Part shown: positions 24,874-39,329 of the stretch, in pieces
Numbering within the stretch: the stretch's first letter is position 1
How the letters are laid out: every line of letters begins with the position of its first letter
Assembly (NCBI RefSeq): GCF_006345805.1
Contig: NC_043013.1
Coordinates: 37,448,001 to 37,512,000, forward strand
Source: Octopus sinensis
Taxonomy: Eukaryota
Reading direction: 5' to 3'
DNA length: 64,000 bases
Program-made: the position numbers and the translations under genes
The notes under the pieces: model-generated
The model's input: the letters and a program-made list of their open reading frames with translations, nothing else
Databases searched by the model: none
What the model was told of the DNA's origin: nothing

Positions 24874-24875
<2 letters not shown>
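24700..24875 (+). mobile_element. SINE family A 5' half
   Basis: ctgtgtggtaagaagc...ggtcaagtgtcttctg...gaaactgaagaaaccgtcg. Confidence 0.8.
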
Positions 24876-24928
<53 letters not shown>

Positions 24929-24952
24929 GAGGAGAGAGAGAGACATACATAT

Positions 24953-25000
<48 letters not shown>

Positions 25001-25029
25001 ACATTTTTATAATCATAAACATAATTATA

Positions 25030-25140
25030 ATACGGGTTTAGCAAAATTTCTTCACCACATACCGAAATTTAGAAATAGCAGTTAAATACTATTCTACTAC
25101 CATAAGATATATCCTAGACAGCAATACTCCCAACTCATAC
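25030..25140. repeat. Fragment of the 53.6-kb HHR-family repeat
   Basis: gggtttagcaaaatttcttcaccacataccgaaatttagaaatagcag matches ~53733-53782. Confidence 0.75.
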
Positions 25141-25311
25141 AGACAGAGAAAAAATAACTTATCCACTCGGCTTTGATTAACTATATACGCGTTTCAGGAT
25201 TAAAGATATGTAAATTAAACATACCGGAAGCATGTGATTAGGAAGCAAGTTTCTTAACACACACCCATCCCTGCCCTAGCAAGCTTCTTACCATACCACA
25301 TCATATATAGA

Positions 25312-25387
<76 letters not shown>

Positions 25388-25394
25388 TTTTCTT

Positions 25395-25915
25395 TGTTAA
25401 TTTTCAGTATTTAGACGGCTGCCATGTTGGGGTACCAACTTGAAGAATTTTATTGGTCGAATTAATCGACCCCAAAGTTTATTTCTAAAGTTGGTATTTA
25501 ATCCAGCGGTCTTTTGTTTTTGTAGCTCACGGCTAGCAACTTGAGTCGCTATGAATCTGAATAAAAGTCCAAAATGAGAGAGTTGGAGCAGGTGAAATCC
25601 AAGCTGAATATGTTTCGCCATTTATTGTATCGAGGCGTTAAATTACGGACACATAAGACAAAACGACATTGTTTTCCCAAGCGTTGGTGAGAAATCAAAC
25701 GCAGAGACACATACACATAGACATAGAAATACACAGACACAGACACACACACACATACTCGATGGGCTTCTTCCAGTTTCCGTCTACCAGATCCACTCAG
25801 AAAGATTTGGTCAAATCGAGGCTATAGTAGAAGATACTTTCCCAAGATGCCAGGCAGTAGGACTGAACCCAGAATCATAGTGTTTTGAAGCAAGTCCCTT
25901 ACCATACAACCATGA
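25395..25915 (-). mobile_element. SINE family A, split and degraded
   Basis: Tail at ~25395-25520 and head at ~25680-25915 in reverse orientation. Confidence 0.7.
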
Positions 25916-26023
25916 GTGTATATCGATATATATGTGTGTGTGTGTGAGTATGTATAAATTACCACCGAGTAAGCTAGTTATCTCAATATTTTCACACACA
26001 CACATACACACATACACACAGAT

Positions 26024-26056
<33 letters not shown>

Positions 26057-26189
26057 TGTAATAGGCTTCTTTCCAACACAGTTTTTACTGATTGCATCTG
26101 GATCTCTTCCTATCTTTCAAGAATTTGCTTCCTCAGACCATATATTTTCAAAAATTCTTCAATTTTTGTTTTTATATATACAATACTGG

Positions 26190-26410
26190 GTGGGGGAGGG
26201 TGCTGAACTGTCCCTAGCTTTAAGGATATCGCGACAACATTGTATGGATGCCCAACAATTGAAGTTCATTTGCAGGGTTTAGGAAAACTGAAGGACCGCC
26301 GAAATAAGGGTGTGAACATGAGAGACGAATATGTTAAATAAAATTCATTATTAACTGATCCTACTGTATCTACTTTTGCCCAACGCCAAGAACTTTTCGG
26401 CACAACCTCA
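26190..26410. mobile_element. mariner-type MITE
   Basis: Imperfect TIRs gagggtgctgaactgtccctagc / gccaagaacttttcggcacaacctc, with TA at the right flank. Confidence 0.55.
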
Positions 26411-27422
26411 TATATTTTACCCATTCAGTCTTTCCCATGCATCAGTCTCTCACCTCTACCTCTATATATCTCACCCTCCTGTTTACCTTTGTTGCCTCTT
26501 CCCCCACTCTCTTTCACTCACTCTCCCGATCTTTCTCTGCCAATTTCTTTCATTCTCTGGCAATCTCTCTCTCTCTCTCCTCTCTTCACTGCCTCTGTTC
26601 TTCAGTCTTTTTTCTTTTCGCACTTATGTCTCACTGGCAATCTGCTGGTGGTTTGTGTATTTTATTTGTAAGCGTTATAGACTTAAAGATGACGTAATAA
26701 GAATACATGAAAATTAAAACAAAATAATTAGATAAATAAAAAAAAAAAGACAAACAAAGTGAAGAATGCATATTAATCAAATAAAGAGAAGAATGTAAAA
26801 CGAAAAGAAAATAGAGGAGCAAGGGTGGTTACAGACTGACAGAAATGCAAATAGCAATAACAAAGAGAAATGTCAACAAGTTAAATATCCAATTTCTTCC
26901 AATAAGAAACAAAAGCAAAAAAAAAAAGAAGCAAAAAACACAAGACAAAACAAATGAGACAAAAAACACCAGAAAACATTATATTACATACTGTTTCGAA
27001 ATCTACTTTTCTAATCAAAACAAAGTCTTTATTTTTATAACACACTCATACAGCCATACACATACACACAAACATACACACTCAGACACACGTATATACA
27101 CCAAGTGACAGAAAGGCATGTATTCACGTATGTATGTATATATGTGGGTGCCTAGATTTTTCTTTGGTTTTGATATTTCTTTTCGGTGTTCTATATTGAG
27201 GCTTCGTAATGCCAACTATCCGTCTAGTGATATTCGTAATATAAGCATTTATATGTTTATTATTACACTCCGGTGGATACCAATGTAAGCGTATAATAGT
27301 TATCAATACGTCTATATACGAAATATATGTACGTATGTATATGTGTGTCTGTGTGTAAGTGCACTTGTACACATACACATATATACATATACAACTATAT
27401 ACATACATTTGTGTGTGCTTAG

Positions 27423-27455
<33 letters not shown>

Positions 27456-27468
27456 CACACACACACAC

Positions 27469-27535
<67 letters not shown>

Positions 27536-27709
27536 TATATATATATATATGGATATACAATACACACACAGACACACAAATTCATATTAAGAAATAATTG
27601 AGATTCAGTTGAATTAGGTACTTAAGTTGATGCATCAAGTCAATCGGCTATTATCCGCACAGTTCGAGCTATATACATACATACATACACACATACATAC
27701 ATACATACA

Positions 27710-27786
<77 letters not shown>

Positions 27787-28300
27787 TCAAGTGTACATAT
27801 ATATGGATGTATATATATATATATATATGTATGTATACGCACACACACACACACATATATATATATTAATGCATGCATATATATGTCCAGAGAGAGCGAG
27901 AAAGCGAGAGAAACAAACAGACAGACAGACAGACAGACCGACTGGAAGAGCAAAAAAGAAGGAGTGATAATGGGAATTTATAGAGTGTCACCTGTGCCTT
28001 TGAAAACTTTTGCGCAACTTTAAAACTTGTAAGAAATTACTGTAGTTCCCATGCTTCAGGTTCAATATTTTTAATATGATATATGCATAACCCAAAGACA
28101 TACAAGTGGTTTCGTCGGAATCAAACCTAATGAACTGTACTACATTCAGTCCTTCTATATTACAAATACATGTGTGTGTGTTTACATACACACACACACA
28201 TTTCTCAGAGGTATTGAAATCCAGAAGACCCAAGCTAGCAGGTATATATATATATATATATATAATAATATATATATATATATATATAGATATATATATA

Positions 28301-28710
28301 GGCGTAGGAGTAGCTGTGTGGTTAGTAGCTTGCAAACCAACCACATGGTTTCGGGTTCAGTCCCCTGCGTGGCTTCTGGGCAAGTGTCTTCTGTTATAGC
28401 CTCGGGCCGATCAATGCCTTGTGAGTGGATTTGGTAGACGGAAACTGAAAGAAGCCTGTCGTATATATGTATATGTATATATATGTGTGTATGTGTGTGT
28501 GTTTGTCCCCCTAGCATTGCTTGACAACCGATGCTGGTGTGTTTACGTCCCGGTCACTTAGCGGTTCGGCAAAAGAGACCGATGGAATAAGTACTGGGCT
28601 TACAAAGAATAGGTCCCGGGCTCGATTTGCTCGTCTAAAGGCGGTGCTCCAGCATGGCCGCAGTCAAATGACTGAAACAAGTAAAAGAGTAAAAGAGTAA
28701 AGAGTAAATA
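28301..28710 (+). mobile_element. SINE family A, full-length
   Basis: Same structure as 17431; (gtaaaaga)3 tail. Confidence 0.95.
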
Positions 28711-28778
28711 TAATATATATATATATATAGAGAGAGAGAGGGAGAGAGAGAAATATATATATATACATATATATATAT

Positions 28779-28955
28779 GGAGGCGCAAAGGCCCAGTGGT
28801 TAGGGCAGCGGACTCGCTGTAGTAGGATCGCGATTTCGATTCCCAGACCGTATGTTGTGAGTGTTTCTTGAGCGAAAACACCTAAAGCTCCACAAGGGTC
28901 CGACAGGGTGCGGTGGCGCTCCTTGCTGTACTCTTTCGCCACAACTTTCTCTCAC
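28779..28955 (+). mobile_element. SINE family C 5' part (tRNA head)
   Basis: ggaggcgcaaaggcccagtggttagggcagcggactcgc...gtttcgattccc-like tRNA A/B boxes. Confidence 0.9.
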
Positions 28956-29100
28956 TCATTCATCTGTTAGCCTGGTCGATTTTTCTCCCTCCTCTCACTT
29001 AGCGGTCATTCAAATAGCTCTTTTGTCTTAATAACGGTCAATCACACAGTAATTTCCGTTTGTATAACGGTAATTTTCCATAGTAGTTTTCCGATGACCA

Positions 29101-29161
29101 GATAACTGAAGAGATGACGGCGTGGATTTCCACCTCGGCATCCGAAACTCGGAGTCTTATC
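29101..29161 (+). ncRNA. Minimal type I hammerhead ribozyme motif
   Basis: gauaa-CUGAAGA-gaug..gugg auuu ccac..cauc c-GAAAC-UCGGA-GUC-uuauc; 5-bp stem I and intact core. Confidence 0.75.
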
Positions 29162-29315
29162 ATGGCTACCGCGCAATTGTCACATATTACAATTACAAAT
29201 AAATTCCGCTATTTACATAATATCGATTTTTCTTTCATTCTTTTGTTGTCTTACCATTTTTATCAATATATGTATGTATGTATATATATATATACATACA
29301 TACCATATATTATAT

Positions 29316-29349
<34 letters not shown>

Positions 29350-29392
29350 GGATATATAAGAGAGAGTAAAAGAGTAAAGTGAGGTATATGTA

Positions 29393-29431
<39 letters not shown>

Positions 29432-29512
29432 TATATATATAATACATTACATATGTATATATATGTATATATATTTATACATATGTATATAACATTATAT
29501 ATATATATATAA

Positions 29513-29545
<33 letters not shown>

Positions 29546-29550
29546 GATTA

Positions 29551-29955
29551 GGCGCAGGAGTGGCTGTGTGGTAAGTAGCTTGTTTACCAGCCACATGGTT
29601 CCGGGTTCAGTCCCACTGCGTGGCACCTTGGGCAAGTGTCTTCCACTATAGCCTCGGGCCGACCAAAGCCTTGTGAGTGGATTTGGTAGACGGAAACTGA
29701 AAGAACCTCGTCGTATATATGTATATATATATATGCGTGTGTGCGTTTGTCCTCCTAGCATTGTTTGACAACCAATGCTGGTGTGTTTATGTCCCCGTTA
29801 CTTAGCGGTTCGGCAAAAGAGACCGATAGAATAAGTACTGGGCTTACAAAAGAATAAGTCCCGGGGTCGAGTTGCTCGATTAAAAAAAAAAAGGTGGTGC
29901 TCCAGCATGGCCGCAGTCAAATGACTGAAACAAGTTAAAGAATTAAAGAATTAAA

Positions 29956-29958
<3 letters not shown>
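29551..29958 (+). mobile_element. SINE family A, full-length young copy
   Basis: Near-identical to 17431-17837. Confidence 0.95.
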
Positions 29959-29992
<34 letters not shown>

Positions 29993-31991
29993 AAAAATAT
30001 ATACAGATATGTACGTGTATGTGTGCGTGTGAGCGTGTGTGTGTGCGTGTATGTCTACGCATATACACCTAAGGGGCGATTTGAAAACTAATGTTTTTCA
30101 TAAACCAGGTAAAGCGCATGTTATAAATACAATCTGTAAGCGGAACAGTTAAATTATGCAAGTGTTTTCTAAAGTTCAAGATGTGACATTGATTTCGGTA
30201 GCAGTGTTGCAACAACGGAGCTCTGTATTTGAAACCAGCTCCATTTTTACAAGAACAATTCAAATAATTAAAAAGTAGTGAAGATACATAACAATAAAAT
30301 AAAAAGACACACAATGTTTATTGTTAGATAATATTGTTATATGTACTGAGAGTGTGTGTGTGAGAGAGAGAGAGAGAGAGAAAGTGAGAGAGATAGAGGG
30401 GTGGAGCGCTGTATTAGAAAAACAAATGATTTAGGAATGAATTTTCGAAGCGATCCGTATTATATAAATATTGTATTACTCATTATTTTTCTCATTTCTT
30501 GTTTCTTTGTAAAATAACGCAAGCTTTCAAAATTTCGAAGCAGAAATAGCACAAGAAACCAGAGTTTAATCTCCCCCTTTAAAAATTAAATACACACTAG
30601 GAGATTCTGGATCAACAACACCACTGTGAATCGATTATTTTTTTTACATATGACTCTAAGGAAAACATTGTTACCTTTATTTACGTAATTCAGTAAATTA
30701 TATTTATCAGCTCAAGATATAGCACAGGCGGACGAGAAAAAAAAATACGAGAAAACAGGAGACACAATACAGAAAAACATTCTTGAGGACTCGTCAGTTA
30801 TCGATCAACCCTTATCACAATGTCGTTACCTACCGTTATCTATCAATCTATCTATTTTCTGAACTATATGCACACACACGTACAGACACACACACACACA
30901 CGCGCGCGCATAGTCGCGCGCAAATACACATAATCAATCACATTTATATTGTTGCGGAAATATTTCTTAATATGTTACCACAGATCTCTCCAATCATATC
31001 TGGATCTGAAAAGATGATGGTTTTATAAAGCGCATTGCACTAATACAACAGGCGCTCGCACTTACATCAGTAGCACTTGAGGAGTGTGATTTTTCTCTCA
31101 GCGAGATTTATGGTATCAAGTTTCACTCTTGGGGAATTGTAAATAATAGATCAGCATTGTTGAATTCTTGCTGACACTTCCACATACCAAATGCCTAGTA
31201 AATTTTACTCCCACATAATGGCTTTCCCATGTTTTGAAGACTTGCTGCATATAATTAATAATCCAACAAACACACACACTCACAGACTTATATACATACA
31301 CACACACACACAGACACACACGTACACATACTCATATATGTATACATATACATATATGTAGACTTATACACATATATACATATAGTGAGACGGTGAGAGC
31401 GAGAGAGCGAGAAAATGTATATAATGTATATATATACGTATGTATATATCCACGCACACCTAGTTTACTTCCTTACGTGTGATGTGCATTTATGATACAC
31501 ATGATATCAAATCATTCACGTGAAGTGCTGAATATACCAAAAAAAAAAGAATTAACCTGCATTTTGGGTGTGATCAATGTATGAAATAGTATGCCACGCA
31601 CTTTAAAGAACGTTTCTGCTAATATTCAACTCCCAATGTACTGTTGGCTATTAATATTTCGAGTAATCCACGATAGTACTGAATCTATACTGTTACACAG
31701 CTTACATATTGCGTGCCTTTTTCAAGATTAAAAATTCCAAGAAACAAGAATTTCAGGAAATATATAAACAGTTATTATTAAAAATACATACACACGCACA
31801 CAAAGGCATACGCACACACATACACATGTACACACGTACACACACTCACATAAACCTGGCGATGTTGCTTTGTAATGCTCCTTTAGTTCAAACCAGTTGA
31901 TTGTGAGTTCGAACACAGCTAGAGGCGGTTTCATTTTTTTCATGATTTTAACAAAACAAACACTAAAACTAATATCAAGCGCGCAAAGAAT

Positions 31992-32010
31992 TTCTGGGGA
32001 AAATTTGTAG

Positions 32011-32105
<95 letters not shown>

Positions 32106-32122
32106 TACACATACACACACAC
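31992..32122. repeat. (CA)n microsatellite
   Basis: Direct inspection. Confidence 0.95.
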
Positions 32123-33035
32123 AGAAAGATCTGTGTATAAAACGCTTTCGTTCTTTGTTTCAAGTGCTTATATACCCTCGAGCTGACGTACTCTAAATTA
32201 TGGCATCCTTGGACCTAGTATCATGTCTAGGCCGTGAAATCCGGGAGAGAAATGCTGCTGGTGCTAATATTTAATGGACTTAGCTGTGTGCAAGGGCCTG
32301 TGTATGAGTATAATAGTTTGAGTGAGCGTGTGAAGGAACAAGGGGTTAAGAAGAGGGATTGTAAAATATTTAAGAGAAATTTGAATCTACTGTTTGAATT
32401 TTAAGTTACCCTAAAATCTCAGGAATTCTTTCGAATTTTGACATGAGGACAGCAAAATTATAATGGTAAATTTGTCGGTAACTTCGATTCCAGTTCACGA
32501 CTGCAACAATTTTTCTATTGATCTGCTGGAAATCAATTCTCACAAAAGAGCAACATCATTTGAGGACAAATGGAAAAATAATAGGTGGAAATCTCATTCA
32601 GGATCAGACAAAAATAATGAGACCGCAGGACAGAAGAAAAACCCATGTGGAAAAAGTGGCATGAAAAGAAGGAGGAGGAGCAGAAGAAGAAGAAGATAAA
32701 GAGGAACAACAATAACAACAATACCAAGAGCAAAAATAACAACATTAACTACAAGAGGAAGGGAAGAATGACATGCATGATAATATAGCCTGAAGAAATA
32801 AGAGAATCCGATGGAAACAAGCACAAGTGTTGTTTTCGACTAATGAAAGCTAACCCAAACGTCCTGCATAACTTCATTTTTCTAGCAATTCTGGAAACGC
32901 CTAATGTTATCTTTAGATGATAAACGTGGCAATAAAATTGCCCCCTCTTCCTCTCACTCAGGCCCATGCATATAACTGCATATATAAATACATATACATA
33001 TATAAATACATATATACACACATATATGTATATAT

Positions 33036-33074
<39 letters not shown>

Positions 33075-33149
33075 CATATATAGTACATATATATATATAA
33101 TATATATATATATATAAATACATATATATATATACATATATATATATAA

Positions 33150-33189
<40 letters not shown>

Positions 33190-33272
33190 ATATAATGTAT
33201 GAGTCTATACCTATAAGTGTACACATTTATATGTCCCATATATATTATATATATATATAGATATATATATAT

Positions 33273-33304
<32 letters not shown>

Positions 33305-33514
33305 TCATATATATACGCACATACATATCTATATATATGTATGCATACATATCTATGTATATAAATGTGTAAGCGTGTGCTTCTATATAAATGTTTGTAG
33401 AAATGCATGTCTGTGTATTTGTTGTATGTATTCGTATCTATGCGTGCGAGCACATTATAGAAAAGAAGATGAATACGGAGAATAGAACTTGAAATAAAAA
33501 AAATTAACAAATAA

Positions 33515-33815
33515 TGGTACTCCGTCTGTTACGACGACGAGCCTCACAGTTGATCAAATTCACCGTACAACATTCTGAAATGAATATGCAAGTGTCTGAG
33601 TGGTCCACAGACATACATACCATTAACGTAGTTCTCAGGTAGAATAGGCGGAAAACGAAATGTTACAAGGCTTGGCATTAGAAGAAAAAAATACAGCTCT
33701 TTGCAATCTAAGTGGACAGAAGTAACGTGAAATAGAATTTCTGTCTCAATGATACAACGCGCCGCTGACAATCGAACGTAGTATCTAAAAATCGGTGAGC
33801 CGAATAACCTAACCA
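33515..33815 (-). mobile_element. SINE family C variant, degraded
   Basis: tactccgtctgttacgacgacgag tail; caagtgtctgagtggtccacagac. Confidence 0.7.
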
Positions 33816-33929
33816 CTAACCCAAGCGATGGTATGAACGTAATAACGTATTTAATACAAACGAAATAAAACCAGATAAAGACAAATGCAGTATACGAGTG
33901 TACATCCTGTAACCTACACTTCCAAACTA

Positions 33930-34105
33930 GGAAGCAAATTCTAGGAATAAAATTCTTAGCAGATTAAACAGGCGCAAGCACTGTTGAGTTCTGCAGAGAT
34001 GTGTTTTCGGTTTCAGACCCGTTGCGTGGCACCTCAGAAAAGTGTCTTTTAATATAAGCCATCCAAAGGCCATCTGTATGAATTTGGCATACAGAAAATG
34101 AGTAG
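33930..34105 (-). mobile_element. SINE family A 5' fragment, degraded
   Basis: ggcgcaag...ttgcgtggcacctcagaaaagtgtc...gatttggcatacagaaa seen on the plus strand; orientation approximate. Confidence 0.5.
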
Positions 34106-34327
34106 GCACACATACACACACAGTTGCCCGCATAATTCAGTTGGTAGAGTATCACATTTCACATGTACTCCTGCATATATATATTTATTATATTTAAATG
34201 GAGTCAAAAGGAAGAGGGAGTACGATTCGACAGCTATTTAATGAAGACTACATATGTTTCTAAGGGTAAACGAGCTCTATTTTGTACTCTAATACGTTCT
34301 TAACGGAATACTCCTCGACTATATATA

Positions 34328-35607
34328 CAGGGGATTGACAAAGTAATGGAAACACCTTAAAATTCCAAACAAATTGATTTTAATATGTGGTAGAACTGCC
34401 TTTGGCAGTGATTAGAGTTTGAATTCTACGAGCTATTGGCTCGTACATAGTTTGATTTGTTTCCAAACGAAGTTTTGACCACTTGTCATCTAAAACAGTC
34501 TCCATTTTGACGATTTTCAGCTAAACAGTTCATGATTGTGGAGGATATCAACGCATTGTTTGTTTTCTTAAAATGCATCATAAATGTTCAATAATATTGA
34601 GCTCTGGTGACTCTGGTTGACAGATAAGATGTTCAACTTCACTAGAATGTTCTTCATGCCATTCAGTAACAAACTTAGCTGTGCGAATTGGTGCATTATC
34701 ATCCTACAAGGTTGCTTTTCCTTCCGGAAACAGCTGCGCAACCATAAGATGTATTTGATCAGGTAAAATGCTTAAACCGTCTTGACTATTAATTCTGACA
34801 TGAAGGGAAGCCATTTGGCTGGCGAATTTCCAATATATCCCACCCCACGCCAGATCATCACATATCCTCCTCCATGTTTAATAGCAAGAAGTAGGCAGTC
34901 TGGGTCAAATGCTTCTTTTAGTTGTCTCCACACGTATACTCGGCCGGTGGTCGAAAATAAGATAAAGGAAGACTCTTCCAAGAAAATAACATTCTTCCAC
35001 TGCTCTGTAGGTTTTTACTCCACTCTAAACGCTTTCCAACGTTTGGTTTTGAAAGTAGTAGTTTTCTGATTGTAGCCCTCCCATAAAATCCGGCTTTGTG
35101 CAGCTCCCGGCGAACAGATTTTGTGGAAACTGGTTTCTCGATGTGGTCATTAAGCTCTGCAGTAATATTGGGAGCTGTACTTTTATGATCCTTCCTAACA
35201 ATTCGTGTAAGAATCCGACGGTCCTTATCTGAAATTTGTGGTTTTCTTCTGAAGTTTTGTTTCGACAAGGAGCTTTTTCTGTCTTTCTCAAAGGCTGTCA
35301 TTAGTTTCGAGGCAGTACTTCTTGATAAACCAAATATTTCGGCTGCTTTCGTTACGCTAGCACCTGCCATACGAGCACCAACTATTTGGCCTCTTTGAAA
35401 GTCCGATAGATCTGGCATTTTAATGAGTTTTAATTTAATTTCTGATGATATCGGAAAAGAATAAGCAATTTTAGCAAAACATATTCAGCAATACTAGTAA
35501 TAAATTTTTAAAAAAACATCAAAAATGAAGATTTTGACGCTTATATAGCTACTTCAAAATTACGATGCTATGATGCTAGGTGTTTCCATTATTTTGTCCA
35601 ACCCTTG
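34328..35607 (-). mobile_element. Full-length Tc1-like DNA transposon (1.28 kb) with inactivated transposase
   Basis: TIRs cagggattgacaaagtaatggaaacacct / aggtgtttccattattttgtccaacccttg with TA on both sides; transposase with frameshifts and stops. Confidence 0.95.
34540..35418 (-). pseudogene. Tc1 transposase (DD34E-type) pseudogene
   Basis: MPDLSDFQRGQIVGARMAGASVTKAAEIFG (paired HTH), RRELHKAGFYGR, KNVIFLEESSF..GRVYVWR, KHGGG.VMIW, *DDNAPI, SPELNIIEHL. Confidence 0.92.
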
Positions 35608-36335
35608 TATATGTGTGTGTGCGCGCGCGTGTGTTTATATGCGTGTGTGTATTTATGTATATATAATACACATATATACATATATAGATACATGTGTGCG
35701 TGTTTGTACTATACATAATTTAACAGCTGTTGTTGGTTCACTAATTGCCTTGTAAACTAGCAGTTCGGGGGAAAGGGAACGACTGCTAAGAAAAAGGACC
35801 AGAAAGAATAGCTGGGTTCAGTTTTTGCCGACTAAAACCCTTCAATGCTGTGCCCAGCATGCCTGCAATCCAATGACTGAAGAGAGTAATTAAGATTAAA
35901 ATTAAAGAGAAGGCGTAGTACCATTCTAACTAACACATCTTTAGTGCACACACATACTATGAACTAAATTCTAAATAGAAAACAAATAATTATAGTAAAT
36001 AACAAAGTATTACACAAGCAATTTGAATGTATAAATAAATTAGTAACATAAATATAAAACAAAAGCTGATGTGTGAACGTCATACATTGGTGGAAGTTTA
36101 AGAAAAATACTCGGTTATCTGGCGAATATATTCTAATTATATATTTCTTTCTCGTTAGCTGGAATTGTCTGAGAGGGTATTTAATCATTTTTTTAAACCT
36201 ACCCTCTCCCAACTCTACACAGAAACCGAACCGTACCCCGGTATTATCTTCGTCTTATCACAGTTTGTTGGCGGCCTCTGCAAAAAATAAACACAAAAAA
36301 CCCCAGCTCTTTTCTTACTCGAAAGAAATGTTTTA

Positions 36336-36392
<57 letters not shown>

Positions 36393-36929
36393 GGGTGACA
36401 TAGACTCCCGAACAGACATTCACAAGCATGTACGCGTGCACACTTATCAACATACACACATACATATGATAAATATGCATCCTTATGTATGTATATTCAT
36501 AGCATATAAATAGATTTCTAGGAACATATTTACACTCACGCACTTATCTATACATATGCATACATTTCTACCCACCTCCCTACTTAACGGAAATACATAA
36601 GTACCTATATATATATATATGTAAATGCATGCACACCCACACATATGTGTGTGTTTATATGTACGTGCGTGTGTGTACTGAAAAACATAGAAATGCGCAA
36701 TATATATATACATATATATGTGTGTGTGTGTGTGTGCGTGTATATGTGTGTGTGTGTATGTGTGTGTGTTTGTGTGTGTGTGTGTGTATGCATGTATGTA
36801 TGTATGTATATAGATTGGTAGATAGATAAATATATATATATAGAGAGAGAGATAGATATAAAGATAGATAGATAGATAGATAGATAAATCGATAAATATA
36901 TATATGTGTATTTGTGTGTGTATAATACA

Positions 36930-36992
36930 TACGCATTAGATGTGATAGATAACAAGATAGATGGATAGATAGATAGATAGATAGATAGATAT

Positions 36993-37043
<51 letters not shown>

Positions 37044-37124
37044 GATAGATAGATAGATAGACAAATACAAAGACCGATTGATAGACAGACAAATAGACAA
37101 ACAGACAGATAGGTAGATATATAG

Positions 37125-37167
<43 letters not shown>

Positions 37168-37209
37168 TAAATAGATAGATAAATAGATAGATAGATGGAT
37201 AGATAGATG

Positions 37210-37260
<51 letters not shown>
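36930..37260. repeat. Long compound (TAGA)n/(CAGA)n/(GA)n array
   Basis: Direct inspection; source of the YLSI repeat ORFs. Confidence 0.95.
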
Positions 37261-37886
37261 GTGGATCTTTCATATGTGTGCATTTACACAGGAATATATG
37301 TGCATGTGCGTGTGCGTTTGTGTGTTTATTAGGAAATTTATTGCAAAATGCAAAAAAGTAAATAAAAATAAAGAACATTTGTTAGGTTGTAAGAGAAAAG
37401 TTTAGTATAGTACATGAGAAGAGAATTAATGAATAACACAGAGAGGGAGAGAGCAAGAGAGCAAGACGAAGAAAAACGGGAGGAGGACAGAACGAGAGAG
37501 AGTGAAAGAGAGAGGCAAAGGACATGGAGATAGAGTGAACGAGAAAGTGGTGGAGGAGGGAAAGAGAGCTACGGTATATATATATATATATATATATAGG
37601 AGGAGGAGAAAGAGAGGGTGCAGAATGAACGGGGCGGGAATTATGGGAATTATGAGAATGTAAAATTATATAGTGTGATAGCGAGAAGTGAAGGGAAATG
37701 AAAGACAGCGAGAAAGAGAGAGAAAGAGAGAAGGAGAGAGGAGAGAGAGAGAGAGAGAAGGAGAGATGGAACGAAAGAAACGAGGGAGGGGCAGAAAAAA
37801 ACGAGTAACTGAGTAATCGAGTGAGATTAAGATTGTCTGGCGTACAGAAGCCCACCCCGAATGCTGTTATTTATAGATATATATAT

Positions 37887-37963
<77 letters not shown>

Positions 37964-38370
37964 TATACTATATATATATACAATATATATATATATTATA
38001 TATATATATATATATATGTATATAATATATATATATATAGATATATAGATATATATAGAGAGAGATACATACAGATATAACATATAAATATACTATATTC
38101 GAATACGTACACACGCACAAAAAAGCATATGCACACACGCACGCACACAAGCACACATACACATATATGGATGGATGTGTTATTCCATTTATGCATGTAT
38201 GTGAGAAGTGTGTCTCTTAGTCTACTAGTGGACGTGTCCTCTTCGTCTGTCTTCTATAAACATGTGAATACATATTTCGCTAGACCTATATCAGAGGTAA
38301 TTTATACGTGTGCAATCAATACGTTTATATACGTTACGCATTCAGGGATTATGTGAACGTTTCTATCCGG

Positions 38371-38586
38371 AAGGCGGCGAGCTAGCTGAAACGTTAGCAC
38401 GCCGGGTGAAATGCTTCGCAGTATTTCGTCTTTTCTTTTACATTATGAGTTCAAACACCACCAAGGTCGACTTTGCCATTTATCCTTTCTGAGTCAATAA
38501 CTTAAGTACCAGTTGCGTACTAGTGTCGATCTAATCGACTAGCCTACTCCTCCAAAACTTTCGGGCCTTGTGCCTTGTTTAGAAAA
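38371..38586 (+). mobile_element. SINE family B with 16-bp target-site duplication
   Basis: Flanked by gaacgtttctatccgg (38355-38370) and gaatgtttctatccgg (38587-38602). Confidence 0.9.
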
Positions 38587-38849
38587 GAATGTTTCTATCC
38601 GGGCATACATTCATATACATAACCAGACACTCACATTACAGGTATAAAAAGCTCAAAGATCTGTGAAGTTACGCATGCGCGTACATATATATATATATAT
38701 ATAGATATATATATATATATATATATATATGGTTAATCCGAAAAGACACAAGAGAAAAACAACGCGAGGATGGTGTACATGCAAAGTATTGAAATATATA
38801 TATATACATTTATACTGGATCTAGTATAGATGTATATTTATAACAAAAA

Positions 38850-39140
38850 GGAGCACTCCGTCCGTTACGACAACGAAGGTCCAAGCTGATACGATCAACC
38901 GAACAGCTTCCTTGTGAAATTAACGTGCAAGTGGCTGAGCACTCCCTAGACACTTATACCCTTAAGGTAATCTCGAGGAGTTTCAGCGTGACACATAATG
39001 TGACAAGGTTGGCCCTTTGAAATACAGGTATTACTCACTTTTGGCAGCTGAGTGGACTAGAGCCAGGGGAAATAAATTGTCTTGCTCAAGGACGCAACGC
39101 GTGGCCGGTAATTGAACTCACGACCTTACGAACGTAAGCC
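38850..39140 (-). mobile_element. SINE family C variant with CORE/Meta-like domain
   Basis: Shared family C tail; gtcttgctcaaggacgcaac core; aattgaactcacgacc B-box complement. Confidence 0.8.
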
Positions 39141-39329
39141 TGAGATTATTCACGTTTCTCCCATTATTCAATTTCTTCAGTTCGTTGTGATACGTGGTTT
39201 GCGCCTGAAGATATGTTTGAGTTTTCTCAGCACTGTTAGTAGTACTTTAATACATGTATTGTTACATTTCAATGGATAATGCATACATACGTGTGTGTAT
39301 AAATATTTATTTGATTTCGTCTTTGTGTC

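Noticed and set aside
28779-28850. tRNA gene-like sequence (also 58090-58160 and the SINE A heads)
   Set aside because: These are SINE heads continuing into SINE bodies, not stand-alone tRNA genes
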